This document shows, one piece after another, positions 37,661 through 48,188 of a stretch of 64,000 nucleotides of DNA. The stretch comes from a virus (lineage: Duplodnaviria > Heunggongvirae > Uroviricota > Caudoviricetes): IMG/VR virus record IMGVR_UViG_3300032116_000040, positions 58,085 through 122,084 of that record. One strand, 5' to 3'. The notes beneath the pieces were generated by a model. It was given only the letters and a program-made list of their open reading frames with translations. It ran no database searches and was not told the origin of the DNA. Each line of letters opens with the position of its first letter. Positions within the stretch are counted from its first letter, which is position 1. A program made the translations under genes and the position numbers.

Positions 37661-39159
37661 TATGAATTAAGTTTTATCCAAATGTAATAAGGAAGTAGAG
37701 CAGATTCTCCTAAATATTTCTTGCGAACCGCCTCAGCCGCCTCCTTACCGCCAGTTCGATAGGCATCTAGGATCAGATCATTTATTTCATCTTGAGTAAG
37801 GTCTTCTTTTTCAGGCATCTCAATCTCGGGTTCTTTCAATGGTGATTCCTCAAATTCTTCCGGTTCAGGTGCAGAATATCCCTGTTTTTGTGAGGCCTGA
37901 TACTCTTCTTCTGCATCCAAGTTATTAAGAGCTTCTTCAACTATTGGATAGAATAGAGACTCAATGGCTTCCTGATCTTCAATTAAAACTGAATATACTA
38001 TTTTTAACATGCTTTTTGCATCATCTTGATGTGCAGTCGCAAGTAAACCATATACCATCCAGAACAATTGTTCTTCGAATGCTCCCATCTCGTCCCAAGC
38101 ATCGTCGGTATCTAGCGTTCTTGTAAAACTGTCTAGTCTCTCTTTTACTTCAGGGTTTGACGTTATCGCTTTATAAAAAGACACTTGCATTTCTGGCCCA
38201 TACTTAAACTCCTGAGCCTCATCAAGTAGAGTATCAGTATTAGCAATCACCAATTCTGCTTCTTCCTCAGACAGGTGCTCCAAGCTTAACTGTAAAGGCA
38301 ACATATAGATTCCCTTGATGGCTTCGTGAATTAGGACCGACATGTCCACTCCTCGAGCAATGATCTTTGCACCAGTTCCTTCGATAAGATCCTTTGCAGC
38401 ATCGCTCTCTTCAAGGTCTCCGCCTTTTGCAATCTCATCTAAAAGTTCATCAGCTAACTGTTGATTCTGTTCTTCAAACTCTTTTTTACTAACATTCTCT
38501 TTTTCTTCAAACTCGATCTTACACGCTCCAGCAGTTCCTCCTCTTAAAAACTGTTTAATCATCTCTTCAGATAATCTCCAATCATTAAACTGTGCAATGC
38601 TTGAAACTTTATTTAATATTTGAATGTATTCCTGTGCTCGATCACCTAGGATCTCTCGGATTCCGTTTTTAAACATCGGAAGATTCAGGATGGCTTTTGA
38701 AGTTAATCCCTTTCCCTGTTGAATTGATCTTAGTATCTTACGTCTTTGGATTTCGCTAAGAATCTTTTCGTCCTCGATATTTTCGATCTTCATCTCAATG
38801 CATGATTGCTCTGATGGAGTTTCCTGAATGACTTCTCTAGACTCGTTTCCTAGTTTAAAATCCAATTCAACGTCGTCTAATAGGCTTTTAAAAAGAGTCC
38901 TAAAAGAATCTTCAGCTAGCTTAGATAGCTCTTCTTCATGACCTCTTTGCATTTGTTGAGACTGTCCAACGAGTTGCATGAATCGCATGATATCTTGTCG
39001 ATTCTCACGTTCGAACTCTGCCATTCTTGAGGTCTTTTCAGAACCGACCTTTTTTAACCAGGACGGAGCCTTATCTCCACCTTCTCCTGGAATTCCTAAG
39101 TTTCCTTCTAACGATACTTCGTTTAAGAAAGATTTAAAATCGAATACTTTATTTTGCAT
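37660..39159 (-). CDS. acidic hypothetical protein (499 aa) with capsid-targeting-sequence-like N-terminus (MQNKVFDFKSFLNE)
   Basis: ORF track. Confidence 0.5.
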   Translation of the reverse strand: MQNKVFDFKSFLNEVSLEGNLGIPGEGGDKAPSWLKKVGSEKTSRMAEFERENRQDIMRFMQLVGQSQQMQRGHEEELSKLAEDSFRTLFKSLLDDVELDFKLGNESREVIQETPSEQSCIEMKIENIEDEKILSEIQRRKILRSIQQGKGLTSKAILNLPMFKNGIREILGDRAQEYIQILNKVSSIAQFNDWRLSEEMIKQFLRGGTAGACKIEFEEKENVSKKEFEEQNQQLADELLDEIAKGGDLEESDAAKDLIEGTGAKIIARGVDMSVLIHEAIKGIYMLPLQLSLEHLSEEEAELVIANTDTLLDEAQEFKYGPEMQVSFYKAITSNPEVKERLDSFTRTLDTDDAWDEMGAFEEQLFWMVYGLLATAHQDDAKSMLKIVYSVLIEDQEAIESLFYPIVEEALNNLDAEEEYQASQKQGYSAPEPEEFEESPLKEPEIEMPEKEDLTQDEINDLILDAYRTGGKEAAEAVRKKYLGESALLPYYIWIKLNS

Positions 39160-39421
39160 ACCTATTGTGTAAGTTTTTAATCATTTTCTTTCCTTCTGGT
39201 GTGTCCTTCATGTTCTCTAGCTCTTCAAAGAACAGGTCAATCATTTCCTTATATTCGGCCATTGGTTTGGTCTTTTCTTTTTCGCTAGGTCTTTTAGTAG
39301 GAATTGGTCGAAATGGTCTAGTTACTGGAGGTGCAGTTACGGGCGGAGCAGTCTTCGGTTTAGTCTTAGTATCGTCCATCACGAATCTTTCGTTCATGGT
39401 CTTGATGTGCTTTCTAGACAT
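39149..39421 (-). CDS. small basic Pro-rich protein (90 aa)
   Basis: ORF track. GATAAATAACTAAAATAAATC motif upstream. Confidence 0.4.
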   Translation of the reverse strand: MSRKHIKTMNERFVMDDTKTKPKTAPPVTAPPVTRPFRPIPTKRPSEKEKTKPMAEYKEMIDLFFEELENMKDTPEGKKMIKNLHNRYAK

Positions 39422-39527
39422 AAAAATAGATTTATTTTAGTTATTTATCTCTAACTCAAGATCAATTAGATAAAGAAAGAGTATATCTATTAAGATAAAT
39501 AAGTCTATAAAATATTTTTTAGTTACT

Positions 39528-41048
39528 ATGGGTACGATGTTAAATTTTTCTCAATGGACAGGCTCAACTCGTTCAAATAAGGATACCAAATCAGCGAGCT
39601 TGAATGAAAACGTAAAAGCAGCTAAGTCTTTTTTAATTAAAAGATATGCTGAAAAACATAAGATCGAGGAGATTACTCCAGAAGTTGAACAAAAAGCAGT
39701 TAATAATAAATCATATGATAGAATCAGAGAGATTTTAAAAGGAAATGACGGTTATGTTTATGCATTCGTAAAATTTCATTTTGATCATGGAGCAACCTTA
39801 ACCGATCTTTCGGAGCTTTATCAAAAAATAAAAGATAATTCCGGCTCCCTAAACTCTCTACCTATGACTATCGAAGAGTATTCAAAACAGGAGACAGTAA
39901 ACGGAGTAAATCCATTTGAGGCTCTAATGGACCAGTTTCACAACATTGAGCAACGTAGAAAACAAAAATGGATCATTGAAAAGGTCAATGGCGATCTACG
40001 TCGAAGCATAAAACAGCTTCCACCAGAAGACATCGATCGTCTTTATAAAGCTGCCAAGGTGATTGATGACGCAGACGAAGATGCTGGTGATTTTGAAGAT
40101 CCTGATACTGGGCACAAGACAAACAACCGATTATCATTACTTAAGAAATCGAACGCATTTAGCGATGCCAAAAAATACCTTGTTTGGGTTGAAGAAATGG
40201 CAGAAGGAGTTTCTAATTCTGACCTAACAAGCAAGATAAACGCTCTACGAACTTTACAACCTGAGGCGGGTATCATATACAGTAGAGGAGGTTATCTTGT
40301 AATGAGCATTAGGACTGAAAACGCGCAGAAAGAGCTTTGTTCGGTAGCAAACTGGTGCATCAATCGAGGACTTTGGGGAAGTTATGGAGGAAAATCTAAT
40401 TATCTACAGTATAACATTTTTAATTTTAACTTACCTGTCACCCATCCATACCACATCACTGGAACGACGGTAGACTCAAACGGAAGAGTGTATGCTTCTC
40501 ATGATAAAAACGATGCAAGCATCGTAAAATCTTCAGAACCTAGTCAACACTTTTCATCTCTTGGATATTCTGATGACCTGACTAGATCAATCATCTCAAG
40601 CATTCCGATGGAAACCACCATCAAACAGATCGTTACTGGACTAGGCATCAATACTTCCGAGCCTTTTGATCTACTTGCTTCGCTAGTTAAATCTACATAT
40701 AAAATAGACCTAGATGTTGAGGAAGAAATTAGAAACGTGGTGATCGGAATCCTAAGAGATCAGCTGTCTAAAAAGTTATCTAAAGAAAAAATAATCGATC
40801 TTTACATGAAGTTCGGAGTTCTTTCTACTTTCTCAGCAAGAATGATAAACATCCTGATTCCTGATCTTAATGATGAGGAGAGAAGAAAAATTCTAGATAA
40901 TAATGACAGGCTCATGAACGATCCGGGAAGAGGACTTAAGGCCATCCTTGCTAGGACAGGTCGATCAGCTTATCCTCAAGTGACAAGGGCAGTCGATAGC
41001 GAAGATCAGATAAAACAAATTATTTCTAGCGGAGAGTCTCTTACCTAG
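39528..41048 (+). CDS. hypothetical protein (506 aa)
   Basis: ORF track. Confidence 0.5.
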   Translation: MGTMLNFSQWTGSTRSNKDTKSASLNENVKAAKSFLIKRYAEKHKIEEITPEVEQKAVNNKSYDRIREILKGNDGYVYAFVKFHFDHGATLTDLSELYQKIKDNSGSLNSLPMTIEEYSKQETVNGVNPFEALMDQFHNIEQRRKQKWIIEKVNGDLRRSIKQLPPEDIDRLYKAAKVIDDADEDAGDFEDPDTGHKTNNRLSLLKKSNAFSDAKKYLVWVEEMAEGVSNSDLTSKINALRTLQPEAGIIYSRGGYLVMSIRTENAQKELCSVANWCINRGLWGSYGGKSNYLQYNIFNFNLPVTHPYHITGTTVDSNGRVYASHDKNDASIVKSSEPSQHFSSLGYSDDLTRSIISSIPMETTIKQIVTGLGINTSEPFDLLASLVKSTYKIDLDVEEEIRNVVIGILRDQLSKKLSKEKIIDLYMKFGVLSTFSARMINILIPDLNDEERRKILDNNDRLMNDPGRGLKAILARTGRSAYPQVTRAVDSEDQIKQIISSGESLT

Positions 41049-41083
41049 AACCTTTTAACCCAGTCGAGTATAACATAAACAAT

Positions 41084-41308
41084 ATGGCAAAAGTAATCTT
41101 AGAATTCGATCCTACTGAAGACCGAGAAGATATGGAATCGGCCATCAATGGATGGAAATGGAAAATGTTAGTGTGGGACCTAGATCAACATTTACGATCT
41201 GAATTAAAGTATAACGATTCAATTACTGGAGAAGTATATAAAGCTCTAGAAAAGGTTCGTGATCATCTTCATGAATTAAAAAGCGAAAGCGGTTTAAAAT
41301 TAGACTAG
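41084..41308 (+). CDS. hypothetical protein (74 aa)
   Basis: ORF track. Confidence 0.4.
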   Translation: MAKVILEFDPTEDREDMESAINGWKWKMLVWDLDQHLRSELKYNDSITGEVYKALEKVRDHLHELKSESGLKLD

Positions 41309-41348
41309 TCCATTTTATTATAATCCTCTATCTTAGTATAATATATTC

Positions 41349-42089
41349 ATGTACGATAAGATATATGATTTCTGTAAGGTTCGTAACTTTGGCTCAATCT
41401 ACAAAAACGGATTAACTCAAACACCTCGAGTAAAATTCTTGATGGATCTGACCTCTGAACTTGGCCTTAATTCTGAACTTCATGAGTTTAAGGTAGACGA
41501 AAATACTATTGGATTTAATATAGTCTTGCGAGGAAGCTCAAGTAAAATTATCACAGCTCATCACGATATCGTGAATCCAAATATAGATAACGCAAACGAC
41601 AACTCAGCATCAGTGATCAATGCGATCGCAACCAAGTTGCTTAAACCTGAGGTGACCGTCGTTCTGTTGGATGGTGAGGAGGTCGGTGGCTTGGGTGCAC
41701 AATACCTGTCTGAACAGATACTTGATGGAGACTTTGGAGAGGTTGACTGGGTGCTTAACCTTGAGCTGACGGGTCGTGGAGGTTCTACTTTCTTTGTTGG
41801 AAATTATCCGGGTAGGTTACTAGATCACATTAGAGGGATCTTTGATTGCCCGATAGTTAGTACGCCATTTAATGATTCGGTGATCTTTAGGAGAAACGGA
41901 ATTGACTCTGTCGTAATCAATCCCTTGCCTATTTTAGAAGAGGGCACAAGCCAAGTGATGTGGGAAAGTTCCTATCTTGACTATTCGATGCTGTTTAACT
42001 GTCATACTAAAAAAGATACCCTCGACACCATAAGTACCGAGGATATGCAAAAGTTTGTCGAAGGGATTATTATCCCAATCGTCAGTTAA
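41349..42089 (+). CDS. putative M28/M20-like zinc peptidase
   Basis: ITAHHDIV (H-x-D), LLDGEEVGGLG (D...EE) and NLELTG fit the metal-ligand pattern of M28 aminopeptidases. The TAGTATAAT box lies only 6 nt from the ATG. Confidence 0.35.
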   Translation: MYDKIYDFCKVRNFGSIYKNGLTQTPRVKFLMDLTSELGLNSELHEFKVDENTIGFNIVLRGSSSKIITAHHDIVNPNIDNANDNSASVINAIATKLLKPEVTVVLLDGEEVGGLGAQYLSEQILDGDFGEVDWVLNLELTGRGGSTFFVGNYPGRLLDHIRGIFDCPIVSTPFNDSVIFRRNGIDSVVINPLPILEEGTSQVMWESSYLDYSMLFNCHTKKDTLDTISTEDMQKFVEGIIIPIVS

Positions 42090-42398
42090 TTATTTTTGAT
42101 CTTTTACTTTTTGTTGAAGATGTGCAGTATAATAAACCTTAGTTTTATCACTAACTGTCGCTGAATCTTCTTGAATACTTCCCTTAATCTTAGTTTTTTC
42201 ATTTATTAAGACCTTATCCCGAGGAATAACCACCCATTGTGATAATTCAGATTTCACAGACTCAATTGTTACAGTCGCATCATCCGCAAAATTAACATCG
42301 TAATCCATTTTTTGAGCAACAGTATTTGTTTTTAAATCTAGTATCGTAACGTCAATAAAATATTTCATAAGTGTTTTTATTTTTTTAATTAGTACCAC
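42090..42398 (-). CDS. small protein immediately downstream of the large fibre-like gene; possible fibre assembly or chaperone protein
   Basis: ORF track. Context only. Confidence 0.35.
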   Translation of the reverse strand: MVLIKKIKTLMKYFIDVTILDLKTNTVAQKMDYDVNFADDATVTIESVKSELSQWVVIPRDKVLINEKTKIKGSIQEDSATVSDKTKVYYTAHLQQKVKDQK

Positions 42399-45181
42399 GC
42401 TGCATAATCGTTTGATGTTCGCCAGTCATCATTGTTTATGTATTCTTTCCTGATAAATGAATCTCCTTTCATTATTGCAATAATTGAATGTTCATCCTCA
42501 TTTTCATCAAAATAGTTAGTCACGATATATAATCGATTATCAATTATTCTAACAGTATTTACGTTAGTCTCGTTAGATACATACGTTGAAATTAATTCTA
42601 AGTCGATATCGTATACATCAACACATGCAAAACCATCTTCATTATTGTATGCACATGCACACATATTCGGCCCTAAATCCAATCCTTCATTATAGAATAC
42701 CGAATCCTTTTCGATTACTGAGCCATCAGCTTTAACTAAAGTTAAAGTATACGATTCAGTGTTTGTAATCTGGTCAGTTATAAGAGAATAATCTTCATTT
42801 AGTGCAGTTAATGTAGCAGATATTGATAAATCATCAACGATAGCTAAATATGCGTCAACCACATTATGAAAATCTGTTTCAGTGAATCCGTGCTGAACTG
42901 ACTCATTATATGTTGACATTAGAAGATAGTGTACTTCAGTTACGCCAGCAGTATCTAGTCCAAGTATCTTGTGATAATCATTATTAGTATCAAGGTCAGT
43001 ATCGACCTCTTGAATTAATGCAGCATCTTGTGCATTTACAATTATGATTTGATTAATAGTTGGATCAGACTCGCCGTCCATGTCACTACCTCCACCAGTA
43101 GTAGTCTTTAGGAATGCAGTATATTCATTACCACCTACTGTTACTTCATATGAATCAAGTGTATTATATCCGTTAGTGTCAATTCCAGTTGAACCCGTTA
43201 TAAAAAATTCAGTGATATCTACGTCTTTAGCAACCATCGTAAATAATCCAGGATATAAGTTAGTAAAGTATTGTGAACCTGTTCCAAAGTCAGCATCACC
43301 AACGACTACTGCTCCGTCCATTTCAAACACACTTAGAGTAGCTTCATCATTTTGGCTAAATACATCAGGTATTACCTCCATTTGAGTATGAGTATATGCA
43401 ATCTCAGATGCAAGATCAGTGTTTAAACGATTTCCACCATCGTACATGTCATCACCGCCATCAGATATGCTATCTTCACCAATATCATTAAATAGATACA
43501 ATCGACGACCTTCTCCGCTCTGGATCAAGAGATTTCCTGGATACAGTTTATCTTTTTGGCGATATGTTGAAGTTGTCTGGATTCGTCCAAATGGAGGCAA
43601 TATATTCGCCGTAAACGGTGCGGGATCTTCAGCCGGTAAATAATATGATTGAAAATCAGTATCGCTTGAATTTCTCCATACTACTATATTTCCTTCTTTC
43701 TCCCAATAATTTGAATCCCTAACGTCATATGAGTACTCTAAAAAGCTATCACCGTCTTTCGTTGTTATAAAATATTTTCCAGGAGAGTCAGTCTCATCTA
43801 GATATGCATCAATTAGATATCGATTACCTAACTCATAAGTATTAAAATAATCGTAATCATCAAATGAAATTAACGGAGATGTACCAATATTACCGTTACT
43901 ATTAAAATTTAAGTAAGCTAATTGAGGTAGAACCGCATCTCTATCTGTACATACTGGCAAATATATTGAGTCTGCAACGTGAATCTGGTCCCAATTAATT
44001 GCCTTTGGTTCGTTGTCAGCAAAAGTATATACTGTCGATAAGTCCTCCATTCCGTCATATAATCGAATAAAATCACAATATGTCACATCACGCAAGTCTT
44101 TGTTATACCCAAGATCGTCTGAGAATGTAATTAGCCCGTTTTCAGTTATAATATCGTATTGACTACCGTTATTTCGATATTGGCCCTTAACTACAAAATT
44201 AGGATAATTTACTCGATCATGAGTAGTGGTCAATAGATTACCGACTACTTCATCATAATAACATATAAAGTATTCAGTATTATTATAGAAGGTATCGACA
44301 TGTTTACCTGCACCAAAAACATCTGCAAATTTACCAGTATAATTACCAGCAGATAAGTCAAGACTTGCTAGTTCAACGCCAGCGTTATCATAATAATAAA
44401 TGTTCTTCCACTCATTATCATCACCATTATAGACAGCTAGCCTAAAAATATTTGAGTTTTCGTATACTTCTAAGTAATAGTTTTCAAATTGATCAACCTC
44501 AATTTTACGTATCAACTTTAATCCAGATTCGTCAGTAAAGAAGACATTGTAGAAACCAGGAGCTTCGGGCCCATCACCTTCAGCAGTATATGATGTTATA
44601 AAAAATCCTGATAAGTTGTCATCCGAATAATCCCACTCAATCGTATCTTGTGAAAGATCTTCAGTCCTTACTTCTAATCCATCGAACCACCATAGTTTAT
44701 ATGCATCCCAATCACATACTACAATAAAATTACCATTTGCACTGTATATGCTAGTGTCTATTGTGGTAAGTTCTAATTTTTGGATAAGCCCTCCTCCTGC
44801 ACTAAAGAAGAAGAATACTCGATCAGCCGAACTGTTATTACTAAACGTCATTAGATACCCGCGATCTTGAACAATGTACGTCCCATCGTAGTTATTATCG
44901 TCATAGTACCAATCTTCACTAGTATTAAGACCAGTATTAAATACTGCAGGAAATGATTTTTTTTCAAAATCCATTATTCCAATATAAAATTGACCGGTCT
45001 CGGATTCATACGTATACGATGAAGTTTGACCCTGCTTAGTTCGAGGCAATCTGCCGCTTCCCGCAGCAGCTGCTGCCATTGCCGCATTATATGACATTTG
45101 TTCGAATATCATTCGCTCTTCCATTTTTCTTCTGATCTCCTTTTGTTCAGGTGTCTCATGACCCCAGTTAATAAATGACAT
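42389..45181 (-). CDS. large tail-fibre or receptor-binding-like protein (930 aa) with the conserved N-terminal module MSFINWGHETPEQ
   Basis: Asp/Asn/Tyr/Gly-rich repetitive sequence. It shares an N-terminal module of about 45 aa with 49906..50724 and 61341..61949. Confidence 0.5.
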   Translation of the reverse strand: MSFINWGHETPEQKEIRRKMEERMIFEQMSYNAAMAAAAAGSGRLPRTKQGQTSSYTYESETGQFYIGIMDFEKKSFPAVFNTGLNTSEDWYYDDNNYDGTYIVQDRGYLMTFSNNSSADRVFFFFSAGGGLIQKLELTTIDTSIYSANGNFIVVCDWDAYKLWWFDGLEVRTEDLSQDTIEWDYSDDNLSGFFITSYTAEGDGPEAPGFYNVFFTDESGLKLIRKIEVDQFENYYLEVYENSNIFRLAVYNGDDNEWKNIYYYDNAGVELASLDLSAGNYTGKFADVFGAGKHVDTFYNNTEYFICYYDEVVGNLLTTTHDRVNYPNFVVKGQYRNNGSQYDIITENGLITFSDDLGYNKDLRDVTYCDFIRLYDGMEDLSTVYTFADNEPKAINWDQIHVADSIYLPVCTDRDAVLPQLAYLNFNSNGNIGTSPLISFDDYDYFNTYELGNRYLIDAYLDETDSPGKYFITTKDGDSFLEYSYDVRDSNYWEKEGNIVVWRNSSDTDFQSYYLPAEDPAPFTANILPPFGRIQTTSTYRQKDKLYPGNLLIQSGEGRRLYLFNDIGEDSISDGGDDMYDGGNRLNTDLASEIAYTHTQMEVIPDVFSQNDEATLSVFEMDGAVVVGDADFGTGSQYFTNLYPGLFTMVAKDVDITEFFITGSTGIDTNGYNTLDSYEVTVGGNEYTAFLKTTTGGGSDMDGESDPTINQIIIVNAQDAALIQEVDTDLDTNNDYHKILGLDTAGVTEVHYLLMSTYNESVQHGFTETDFHNVVDAYLAIVDDLSISATLTALNEDYSLITDQITNTESYTLTLVKADGSVIEKDSVFYNEGLDLGPNMCACAYNNEDGFACVDVYDIDLELISTYVSNETNVNTVRIIDNRLYIVTNYFDENEDEHSIIAIMKGDSFIRKEYINNDDWRTSNDYAAWY

Positions 45182-45190
45182 GTTAAAAAG

Positions 45191-45209
45191 TTATTTTAAT
45201 TATTTATCT
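45191..45209 (-). promoter_or_regulatory. late-promoter-like GATAAATAATTAAAATAAC motif upstream of the fibre gene
   Basis: Motif family. About 10 nt upstream of the ATG at 45181. Confidence 0.4.
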
Positions 45210-45372
45210 TACTCATATTTTAAAAATAGATTTCAATATAGTATATTATGTACATGAAAAGAAGAACATACATTCTGAAATCGAACGTATTCGAGAAGAA
45301 CTTAAGAAGACCACTAAAGTAAAAGAACAAAAGGCAATGGGATTCAGCAATGGAAAATAATTAATAATTAGC

Positions 45373-45591
45373 ATGAAAGAGTTAATAAAAAAATACCCTA
45401 ATGACTCAGAATTGGGTCGAGCGGTTCGCAAAAAATACCTAGAACAGGGAGAGGATGCGCGAGATCAATTGATTGATCTATTGGAAGGTCAAGTAATTGA
45501 GCTGACCATGTTGTCAAAGATCGAGATTGGCGATGATGTGATTAAAGAAATCATAAGGTTAAAATCAATAATAAACGAAGATGAAAGGTAA
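45373..45591 (+). CDS. hypothetical protein (72 aa)
   Basis: ORF track. Confidence 0.4.
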   Translation: MKELIKKYPNDSELGRAVRKKYLEQGEDARDQLIDLLEGQVIELTMLSKIEIGDDVIKEIIRLKSIINEDER

Positions 45592-45811
45592 GATCATAAT
45601 TAGCGAAGGCGAACGCATGGTGGAATACCGAAACGCTTATAGCAAAATCAGAACGATTCCCGTCTTTTCTTCAGAATTTGAATTGACTGAGGGAGCTGAC
45701 GTTGAGTTCACGATAGTTGATGAGTTTACTCACCCTCAACTGTTTAGAAACGTTCCTCTATATGAGGGTCTGCCGTCCGCAGTAATACAACGTCTTCTTG
45801 GAAATGATTGA
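45581..45811 (+). CDS. hypothetical protein (76 aa)
   Basis: ORF track. Overlaps its neighbours. Confidence 0.4.
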   Translation: MKGKIIISEGERMVEYRNAYSKIRTIPVFSSEFELTEGADVEFTIVDEFTHPQLFRNVPLYEGLPSAVIQRLLGND

Positions 45812-46136
45812 GGATATCAAAGCGATTCACCTAAAGAGTAACGCACAGCGTCTTGAGACCTGGATTGCCATGGTAAACGGCGAGATAGTCGGTCACATCT
45901 ACATGGAAAGAGAGGAGAACAAAAAGATCAAGTTTCTAGACGCTTGGGTTCACGAAGACCATCGGCGTAAGGGAATATTTAGAAAGCTTTGGGACGCTCG
46001 ATGGGAATACGTTCAACAAAAGTATCGAGGCTACCTAGTCTATGCGTGGTGTAAACCCGCTTCCCTGCCTCTCCTAATAGAAAAAGGATTTGATGCAGGC
46101 GAGACCTGTACCTATGTTGAAAAGGTAATCGATTAA
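45798..46136 (+). CDS. small protein, possibly GNAT-like acetyltransferase
   Basis: HRRKGIFRKLW resembles GNAT motif A (R/Q-x-x-G-x-G/A). 112 aa is short for a GNAT. Confidence 0.3.
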   Translation: MEMIEDIKAIHLKSNAQRLETWIAMVNGEIVGHIYMEREENKKIKFLDAWVHEDHRRKGIFRKLWDARWEYVQQKYRGYLVYAWCKPASLPLLIEKGFDAGETCTYVEKVID

Positions 46137-46651
46137 GTCAACTGATCCTTTTCAGGAGAAGGGCTGGTCTTTTTATACATTTTTAGGGCTCCCCAGTGAT
46201 CGCTGCTGTTTGAGTTAGATGCACCAGCTACGATTCCCTTTCCTCGAGGAACGCTTGGTCCAACATACACGTTTTGTGCTGGCACTCCTGCCTTAACCGC
46301 ATTCTCAACTATCTTTTTTGTTCTAGAGCTTGATGCATAGGGTTCGATAATGAATATACGTTTGGGATCAACGTCTGGACTCTTAGCAAGGTCTTCTGCC
46401 TTACCGCAACCCGCACTAAACATGTAGATATCGACTCCTCGTTTTGGATTTTCTTTTAGGAAGTCCAATATTTTTTTGGTCGGTTCTTTGTATCTAAAGC
46501 CCTTTACTTTTTTGTTAGCGCCATACGTCTTTTTCAACATCTCGACTTGTTTATCAATGGGAAAGTCTCCTCTTCTATAGTCAAGACCGCCTATCAGTAT
46601 CGCATCGTATACGATATCTCCAAAATCTTCGTATAATTTAATGTACTTCAT
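46133..46651 (-). CDS. hypothetical protein (172 aa)
   Basis: ORF track. Confidence 0.45.
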   Translation of the reverse strand: MKYIKLYEDFGDIVYDAILIGGLDYRRGDFPIDKQVEMLKKTYGANKKVKGFRYKEPTKKILDFLKENPKRGVDIYMFSAGCGKAEDLAKSPDVDPKRIFIIEPYASSSRTKKIVENAVKAGVPAQNVYVGPSVPRGKGIVAGASNSNSSDHWGALKMYKKTSPSPEKDQLT

Positions 46652-46688
46652 ATTTTTTATTTATCTGTTTTTTGTGTATAATATTCCC

Positions 46689-47294
46689 ATGATAGACAAT
46701 CTTGAACTGGTCAAACCTTTACTTAACTTTTCAGAGACTGGAGATTTTTACATGCTCTATGTGTTTAAACGTAAGAAGGATCAGCCCGAGAGGGAACGCG
46801 ACAATCACCAGTCAGTTCGAACCATTAAATCCTATTGTATCGAGAGCATAGATCACCTGGAGAGACGCTGGGATGAGATCAAGCAGCTTTGCGAGATGTT
46901 TAAGGCACGAGCCTACATCCACGTTCAAAAACAGAATCATCGAGATGTATCTTTAAATATGATGGTTGCACTGGCTCAAAGAATCCAGGACGGTAATCAT
47001 AGACAGAAAGGTTTATTTGATTCTGTTGTTGGTCAAATCAAGACTCAAGAAAAACGTTGGATTGTTGATATTGATAGTAAAGATACTAAAGAGTTATTCA
47101 ATGTTAAACTTGCGATTGACAGTTGTGAACCTTTCGGTAAAGATAAAATCATAAGTGAAATCCCTACTAAGAATGGGTATCATCTGATTACTGAACGGTT
47201 CGATGTCAAATCATTTTCAGAAAGGTTTCCTGAAATAGACATCCAAAAGAAGAACCCGACCTTAGCCTACTTTCCTGATTCATTAAATACTTAA
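46689..47294 (+). CDS. hypothetical protein (about 202 aa; start moved to internal MIDNLELV)
   Basis: The track start at 46641 adds a poly-Phe/Tyr leader. GTGTATAATATTCCC lies directly upstream of the internal ATG. Confidence 0.45.
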   Translation: MIDNLELVKPLLNFSETGDFYMLYVFKRKKDQPERERDNHQSVRTIKSYCIESIDHLERRWDEIKQLCEMFKARAYIHVQKQNHRDVSLNMMVALAQRIQDGNHRQKGLFDSVVGQIKTQEKRWIVDIDSKDTKELFNVKLAIDSCEPFGKDKIISEIPTKNGYHLITERFDVKSFSERFPEIDIQKKNPTLAYFPDSLNT

Positions 47295-47539
47295 TTATAT
47301 TCAAAAAAATAATAGAATCATAATTTTTAAACAGATCAGATTATTAGTATCTTATATTAAAATTTAGAAAACAAAATGAGCCAGACAGAAGTACACTTTG
47401 GAAAACTACGAAAAGTAGATTTTGAAGGATTAGATCTCACAGTTCATGGATATCTCATGGAGATGCTTTATGGGATGGAATGATTTGGCGGTTTAGGGAC
47501 TAACATGGAAGAATTAACTATCTCATACTCTAATAATTT

Positions 47540-47788
47540 ATGAAAATTACCCTTTATGTAATATTGCTCTTTCTTTTTACAAGCTGTGCTAATTGGCAGC
47601 ATCAGGAGTTTACTTACTTGAGATGTAAAAAGACTGAACGGATCCACGTCCATCTATACTATCATGAGACTTGTGAGTGGAACTGTCTGTGCTTGGATGA
47701 AGGATACTACATATTCGTGGATACTACACGGGTCAAGTACAAGACAAAAAGAAACGGAAAAATCAAAAAAATAAAACTTATAAAATGA
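47540..47788 (+). CDS. putative small lipoprotein
   Basis: MKITLYVILLFLFTSC signal followed by a lipobox-like Cys. Confidence 0.4.
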   Translation: MKITLYVILLFLFTSCANWQHQEFTYLRCKKTERIHVHLYYHETCEWNCLCLDEGYYIFVDTTRVKYKTKRNGKIKKIKLIK

Positions 47789-48159
47789 AAGAAACAGCAG
47801 AAAAAATACTTGGTTGGAACGGTCGCATGATCTCTGGATCCAAGTCTGGCTACATGAGAAATCATCCCAACAACCTAACGGTCTTTAATTCGAACATAGT
47901 GATCGGAGAAGACAATCCAGTAAAAATCTGGTATGGAGACATTGACATCACTCTAAGCATCGATGACGTAAAAAAACTTGCCAAAGAGCTTGATACTACT
48001 GTGTATGTTTTACGAGAAATGGATGCTCGTTTTGAAAATGAGGATCGTCCTCGAATTGATCGTTTCGTCGTTAAAGCGGATGCGAACGGTGACATTGAGT
48101 TGGGTCAGCTAGAGGTCGATTACTATTCAGCTGAAAATCTCATGAAAATTAATTTTTAA
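47785..48159 (+). CDS. hypothetical protein (124 aa)
   Basis: ORF track. Confidence 0.4.
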   Translation: MKETAEKILGWNGRMISGSKSGYMRNHPNNLTVFNSNIVIGEDNPVKIWYGDIDITLSIDDVKKLAKELDTTVYVLREMDARFENEDRPRIDRFVVKADANGDIELGQLEVDYYSAENLMKINF

Positions 48160-48188
48160 TTTTTAAAGTTTTATAGTATATTATAAAC

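Noticed and set aside
43080-43643. Plus-strand ORFs inside the 930-aa fibre gene
   Set aside because: They are antisense to a long continuous ORF with a conserved N-terminal module.
46641-46688. Upstream extension of ORF 46641..47294 (MYFIFFIYLFFVYNIP)
   Set aside because: The extension is translated from an AT-rich promoter region containing GTGTATAAT. The internal ATG at 46689 is the more plausible start.
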